DNA of 38,696 nucleotides from a virus: UHGV virus genome UHGV-0180316; one strand, 5' to 3'. Shown piece by piece: positions 34,760 to 38,696 of this stretch (position 1 is its first letter; each line of letters starts with the position of its first letter). The notes under the pieces were generated by a model. It saw only the letters and a program-made list of their open reading frames with translations, ran no database searches and was not told where the DNA came from. The position numbers and the translations under genes were made by a program.

Positions 34760-35338
34760 ATGAAAAAAGTGATGCTCGTCAGAGTGATATATTTAGTAGC
34801 GATCACTCTATTATTTTCTTATTTATTAAGCAAACTACAGCTTTTCCCGTACAATACTATTACGGTATTTTTGTACTTAATCGTTATAATACTTGCGATA
34901 AAATTCCTATTTTCAGTAGAAATAAGCTTTTTCAACTTAATATTATGGCATTTTTCCGAGAGAAACGAAGCAAAAAGTAAAGTGTTAAGCGAGCTAAGAA
35001 TGCAAGAAATGCCATATATTAAATCATACTACGTTCACGATATCAAAAGTTATTTGGAGTATATTATTGACAGGGAATCACCGATAAAAAGATATCGGGA
35101 GCTCTTTCCTCTCGAGAGCAAAAGCGCTGCTGAAGTCGAATATCTTTTTGAACACACAGATTATTTTGAAGAAAAAAACGAAAAGTTTCCTCAAAAGGTA
35201 GTAGTATCCGCGAGCCGCATGCTTGGCCGGCTGGAGGGGATATATATGACGACGCCGGAACCTCTCAGATCAGCGCAGGCTGATACATGGGATGAGGCGC
35301 TACGTGAATTTTACGGCACACACCCTGATAGACGCTGA
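34760..35338 (+). CDS. low-GC membrane protein in the Rex position downstream of cI (2 N-terminal TM helices plus cytoplasmic domain)
   Basis: Starts 4 nt after the cI stop. About 30% GC versus about 55% for cI. MKKVMLVRVIYLVAITLLFSYLL...IVIILAIKFLFSV TM pair. Followed by tandem terminators. Confidence 0.5.
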   Translation: MKKVMLVRVIYLVAITLLFSYLLSKLQLFPYNTITVFLYLIVIILAIKFLFSVEISFFNLILWHFSERNEAKSKVLSELRMQEMPYIKSYYVHDIKSYLEYIIDRESPIKRYRELFPLESKSAAEVEYLFEHTDYFEEKNEKFPQKVVVSASRMLGRLEGIYMTTPEPLRSAQADTWDEALREFYGTHPDRR

Positions 35339-35348
35339 ATCCGTTTTA

Positions 35349-35404
35349 GGGCCGGCCTACGCCGGCCTTTTTTGATCTCCGGTAGGCAGCCGGAGATTTT
35401 TTTG
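35349..35404 (+). terminator. two tandem intrinsic terminators (tImm-like)
   Basis: GGCCGGC-ctac-GCCGGCC then TTTTTT; ATCTCCGG-taggcag-CCGGAGAT then TTTTTTTGT. Confidence 0.65.
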
Positions 35405-35429
35405 TGTCTTTTTTGTAATCTTTTGCTAA

Positions 35430-35485
35430 CTTTCTCTTGCTTTTGTTATCATTAGATGTCATAAGGGAACCGTAAGGAGGTTCCC
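35430..35485 (+). promoter_or_regulatory. pL-like early-left promoter/operator (OL)
   Basis: TTGTTATCATTAGATGTCATAAGGG (35443-35467) is near-identical to the OR motif. TTGCTA/TTGCTT -35-like hexamers. AAGGAGG RBS of the first gene. Confidence 0.45.
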
Positions 35486-35767
35486 ATGCGTTACATCTAT
35501 GCACTCCCGGACGAGGCCGCCAAAGCCTTCAGGAAGGAGCACCCACACGACGAGATCGTCTACGAGACGGTCCTGTACAACTTCGCCGCCAGGATCAAGG
35601 ACTACGTCCTCTGGGACGCCGAGAAGAGCGTCATCAGCGTAGACGCGGCCAATGTCGCGCTCGCCGTTTACGACACGATTCTTGGCCGCATCGACGCCGT
35701 AGTGACCAACAAAGCCCACGCGGCCGAGTATCGGTTTTCGAAATACGAAGTTGTCACCGTCGATTAG
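35486..35767 (+). CDS. hypothetical early protein (first gene of the early-left operon)
   Basis: 93-aa ORF with a perfect AAGGAGG RBS; not Arg-rich, so not N-like. Confidence 0.5.
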   Translation: MRYIYALPDEAAKAFRKEHPHDEIVYETVLYNFAARIKDYVLWDAEKSVISVDAANVALAVYDTILGRIDAVVTNKAHAAEYRFSKYEVVTVD

Positions 35768-35777
35768 GGAGACAAAA

Positions 35778-36011
35778 ATGTACACTTCTATCGAACGTTT
35801 CCACGATGCCAACTTCCTTCTCTCCGCCATCGAGAGCAGGACGGTGCGCGAGAGCCGCATGGCCTTCGCATGGCAGATGGAGCAGCGCGCCCGCCGCACC
35901 CGCCGCGAGCGCATCACTGAAATGATAACCACGACAATAGCCGCCGCAGCGTGGGTGGGCACCATCCTCGTAGTGTCGGGGATGATGTTCACCGTTGGCA
36001 CAGATTTCTAA
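35778..36011 (+). CDS. hypothetical small protein with C-terminal TM helix
   Basis: Start at MYTSIERF (GGGAGA RBS, internal Met of the 35751 ORF); C-terminal ITTTIAAAAWVGTILVVSGMMF. Confidence 0.4.
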   Translation: MYTSIERFHDANFLLSAIESRTVRESRMAFAWQMEQRARRTRRERITEMITTTIAAAAWVGTILVVSGMMFTVGTDF

Positions 36012-36013
36012 GG

Positions 36014-36843
36014 ATTTTCCTGCCCGGAGTGGCCGCACGTAAGGGAACGCGGGAGGCCGGATGTGGCCTCCCTGCAAGAAATTTCCCGGGTGGTCCGGGA
36101 AAGCGCCGGTGAGGGGGCAACCTCCACCTCACGGCGCAGGCATCGGCAGGGGAACAGGTTTTTCACATGTTCCCTGCTCCCCTGCCAAAATTTTCAAGAT
36201 TTCCCGCTACAAGGCGGGAGCCATGCGGTTCCTCCCGCACATGGACCAAGGGCCGGGACCCTACATCCCGGCCCCACCAAAAGAGGACGATGGAGACAAA
36301 TTTCCTGTTCCGGAGTGGCCGGAGCAGGGCGCGGTACGCCGAAAGCCGCGCTAGGGAACGCGGGGGCCGGAGCCGTCACGAGAAGAGATTGCCCGGCCCC
36401 CTCAAGGAGAAAAAATATGTATCGCGTGATTATATACGGATGCCCGGACAAGTTCTCCGTGGCAGTGCACGGGAAAGAGTTCAATCGCCGCGGGCTTATC
36501 AGGTTCCTTTCCCGCCATGCGAACAAGCTTGTGGGCTGCGAAGATGTAACCGTGAAGCACGGGGACGGCCCCGAGTGCTCCGTCAATTTCTTTTATGTCG
36601 GGGAAAAGCGCATGAGCGATCGGATCCCGACTCATCGAATTATCCACCTGAAATAGGCGGACCCATGCGGTTCCTCCCGCACACTGGACTAGGCGGGGCC
36701 GGGTCATCTGCACAGCCTGGCTCCGCCGAGCAGGAGGAACGAAGACAGATTTCCCGCCCGGAGTGGCCGGAGCGGGGCGCGGTAGGAAATGGCCGCGTTA
36801 GGGAACGCGGGAGACCTGGAGACTCCACAGCTTCAGGTCTCCC
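36014..36843 (+). repeat. array of long GC-rich structured repeats: partial copy R1 (36014-36072), unit A (36213-36400) and unit B (36656-36843), plus extra hairpins at 36082-36190
   Basis: Units A and B are both about 188 bp. They share ATGCGGTTCCTCCCGCACA, TTTCC.G..CGGAGTGGCCGGAGC.GGGCGCGGTA and AGGGAACGCGGG. Each ends in a hairpin of different sequence but the same shape: GGGAGGCC/GGCCTCCC, GGGGCCGG/CCGGCCCC, GGGAGACCTG/CAGGTCTCCC. Confidence 0.55.
36417..36656 (+). CDS. hypothetical small protein between repeat units A and B
   Basis: 80-aa ORF MYRVIIYGCPDKFSVAVHGKEF... with AAGGAG RBS; real sub-ORF of the longer frame that runs through the repeats. Confidence 0.4.
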   Translation: MYRVIIYGCPDKFSVAVHGKEFNRRGLIRFLSRHANKLVGCEDVTVKHGDGPECSVNFFYVGEKRMSDRIPTHRIIHLK

Positions 36844-36879
36844 GTAAAAGACCATCCCCAGATAAAAAAACAGAGGCAC

Positions 36880-37680
36880 ATGATGAACAATATTATTATA
36901 CATGCATCTTCTTTGGCTGACCTCTTCGACTGCCCTGCCCGCTGGTTCGCGAAGAACGTTATGAAGCGCACCATGCCCTCTTCTCCAGCCGCTCAGCTGG
37001 GAACGGCAGTGCACGCAGGTACCGCCCTCTTCGACTCCATGGCTATGAGAGGCGAGCCTATAAATACTGACGACACCGTGGGCGCGGTCGTAGACGCTCT
37101 TCACGACGAAAGCCGCGACGTCGACTGGGGAGACGAGACCCCGGAAAAGCTCGAACCCATAGCCACTGCGCTCGTACGCCTGTACTGCGAGGAGATAGCC
37201 CCGAAGATGACTTACGTGGCCGTGGAGGCCAGGTGTCCCGAGCTGACTCTGGATGACGTGGGCATCACCCTGACCGGGTCGACTGACCGCATCCGCAGAG
37301 ACCAGGACGGAACCCTTGGCATCTGCGACATCAAGACCGGCAAGACGGCCGTAGCCGCAGACGGAACCGTGAAGACACAGGGGCACGCAGCACAGATGGC
37401 CGTCTACGAGCTGCTCGCAGGAGAGGCCATAGGTACCCCCATGACGGCACCGGCCATCATCATCGGCCTCCAGTCTGCCAAGACAGCGAAGGGCCGCAGA
37501 TGCGGCCTCGGCGCCATCACGGGAGCCGTGGATCTTCTCCTGGGCACCGAAGAGAACCCCGGACTCCTGCAGGTGGCCGGCCAGATACTGAAGAGCGGCA
37601 CGTTCTATGGCAACGCTAGGTCTTCCCTCTGCTCGGAAAAATTCTGCCCTGTCTACAATTCTTGTTTTTGGAGGAGCTAA
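36880..37680 (+). CDS. PD-(D/E)XK exonuclease, Cas4/YqaJ-like with four-Cys cluster
   Basis: D...ICDIKTGK (DxK) motif. Cys at FDCPARW plus C-terminal CSEKFCPVYNSC. Directly upstream of RecT: an exo/annealase pair. Confidence 0.65.
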   Translation: MMNNIIIHASSLADLFDCPARWFAKNVMKRTMPSSPAAQLGTAVHAGTALFDSMAMRGEPINTDDTVGAVVDALHDESRDVDWGDETPEKLEPIATALVRLYCEEIAPKMTYVAVEARCPELTLDDVGITLTGSTDRIRRDQDGTLGICDIKTGKTAVAADGTVKTQGHAAQMAVYELLAGEAIGTPMTAPAIIIGLQSAKTAKGRRCGLGAITGAVDLLLGTEENPGLLQVAGQILKSGTFYGNARSSLCSEKFCPVYNSCFWRS

Positions 37681-37684
37681 AAAA

Positions 37685-38677
37685 ATGACTACTGCCACCA
37701 CTACTTCTTATCCCCGCCCAGGCACCGGCACGACTCTCGCCAGTCTCCGCTCCGCACGTCAGCAGGAACAGGCTGTCCAGGCGGCTCAGGCTGCTCCGGC
37801 CGTCCGTCCTGTCGTCGAGATTTCCCTGAACACCGTGCAGGGCTTCGAGGGAATGCAGCGCATTGCCGACCTCTTCTGCCATTCCACCATCGTGCCCGAT
37901 GCCTTCCGGGGAAACATCGCCAACTGTGTCGTGGCCCTGAACATCGCCTACCGCGAGAAGATGGACCCCCTCATGGTTATGCAGAACATGTACATCGTCC
38001 ACGGCAAGCCGGCATGGGCCAGCGCTTTCCTCATCGCCATGTTTAATAAGTGTGGGAAGTTTGCACCCATTCAGTATGAGTTCGCAGGCAAGCCAGGGAC
38101 GCCGCAGTACGGCTGCAGAGCCCTGACCGTAGACCTGACCACCGGCCGCCAGATCGACGGCCCCCTGGTCACCATGCAGATGGCTCAGGCCGAAGGATGG
38201 ACCCAGCGCAACCCGAAGTGGACCACCATGCCCGACCTCATGTTCCGCTACAGAGCCGCCGCCTTCCTCATCCGCACCCAGGCGCCCGAAATCACCATGG
38301 GCTTTTACTCCGTCGAAGAACAGACTGAAATTTACGAGCAGGACCGCCAAAACCGCCGCCACTCCTCCAGCGTGCGCGAGGTGGTGACCAGGGCAGAGGC
38401 CGCCACCTCCGCTCCTGCCCGTACCCCCGAGCCCGAGGAGGCGCTTCCCGAACAGCGCAAGCCCGATGCCGTGGTCTCTGACAGCCACGCGTCTGCTGGG
38501 AAGGAAGAGGTGAAGCCTTCCGCCCCGAAGGCCGCAGCCAAGCCCGAGCCTCAGCCAGCCCAGGCTAAAAATGGCCCGGGGGAAAAGATTACGTGCCCTG
38601 ACTCCGGCAAGATGGTCGACGACGTAGCCGACTGCCCGAACTGCCCGCACCGGCAGGGCTGCCCGCAGTGGGATTAG
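37685..38677 (+). CDS. recT: RecT-family single-strand annealing recombinase
   Basis: Start at MTTATT (GGAGGAG RBS, internal Met of the 37607 ORF). GWTQRNPKWTTMPDLMFRYRAAAFLIRTQAPEI parallels the RecT GPWVTHWEEMAKKTAIRRLFKYLPVSIEI region. Acidic/Pro-rich C-terminal tail. Confidence 0.6.
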   Translation: MTTATTTSYPRPGTGTTLASLRSARQQEQAVQAAQAAPAVRPVVEISLNTVQGFEGMQRIADLFCHSTIVPDAFRGNIANCVVALNIAYREKMDPLMVMQNMYIVHGKPAWASAFLIAMFNKCGKFAPIQYEFAGKPGTPQYGCRALTVDLTTGRQIDGPLVTMQMAQAEGWTQRNPKWTTMPDLMFRYRAAAFLIRTQAPEITMGFYSVEEQTEIYEQDRQNRRHSSSVREVVTRAEAATSAPARTPEPEEALPEQRKPDAVVSDSHASAGKEEVKPSAPKAAAKPEPQPAQAKNGPGEKITCPDSGKMVDDVADCPNCPHRQGCPQWD

Positions 38678-38696
38678 GCGAATGATACGGCGGGGT

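Larger units (their letters stand above)
1..38696. mobile_element. Temperate tailed phage or prophage genome, apparently circularly permuted, with int/attP, lysogeny switch, replication, lysis, packaging, head, tail and recombination modules
   Basis: Complete functional module set in lambdoid order. Early-left operon wraps from recT at the right end to RdgC..int at the left end. An inverted repeat spans the end/start junction. Confidence 0.75.

Noticed and set aside
36014-36843. CRISPR array or type III toxin-antitoxin (ToxI-like) RNA repeats as the explanation for the repeated region
   Set aside because: The repeats are about 188 bp long. There are only 2.5 copies, with no regular short repeat-spacer periodicity. 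No ToxN/AbiQ-like toxin gene follows, only an 80-aa ORF and exo. The hairpin sequences differ between copies, unlike CRISPR repeats.
36061-36847. Long ORFs 36061..36354, 36063..36656 and 36167..36847 (+) and 36194..36586, 36402..36713 (-) spanning the repeat region
   Set aside because: Their frames run through GC-rich palindromes and are not conserved between repeat copies apart from a short MRFLPH start. Only the 36417..36656 sub-ORF has an RBS. Probably non-coding structured DNA or RNA.

Overview
The window reads as a nearly complete, apparently circularly permuted genome of a temperate tailed phage (P22-like or lambdoid layout) from a high-GC host. Most genes are about 60% GC by eye.

The minus strand carries a long late operon running from about 33.9 kb down to 4.0 kb: Cro-like regulator, replication module, an anti-restriction cluster, the lysis cassette, the packaging and head genes, a run of virion and ejection proteins, and a fiber module with two paralogous tail fibers, putative chaperones and a lambda Tfa-like assembly protein. 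The plus strand carries a LexA/S24-type CI repressor, a low-GC Rex-position membrane protein, tandem terminators and a pL-like early-left operon (Cas4-like exonuclease, RecT, RdgC, tyrosine integrase) that wraps around the window ends.

Several regions stand out:
- a block of long structured repeats with covarying hairpins at 36.0-36.85 kb;
- the low-GC gene after cI at 34.76-35.34 kb;
- a roughly 2.2 kb low-GC cargo island between attP/int and the tail fibers at 3.75-5.95 kb;
- shared OL/OR operator motifs;
- a replication origin with iterons inside the initiator gene;
- a GNAT-like gene among the ejection proteins;
- a Cys-rich beta-helix protein inside the lysis cassette;
- duplicated leader and short-peptide elements upstream of the late promoter.

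No CRISPR array, tRNA, rRNA or transposase was recognised. Many long ORFs in the supplied track are antisense shadows of real high-GC genes and were not called.
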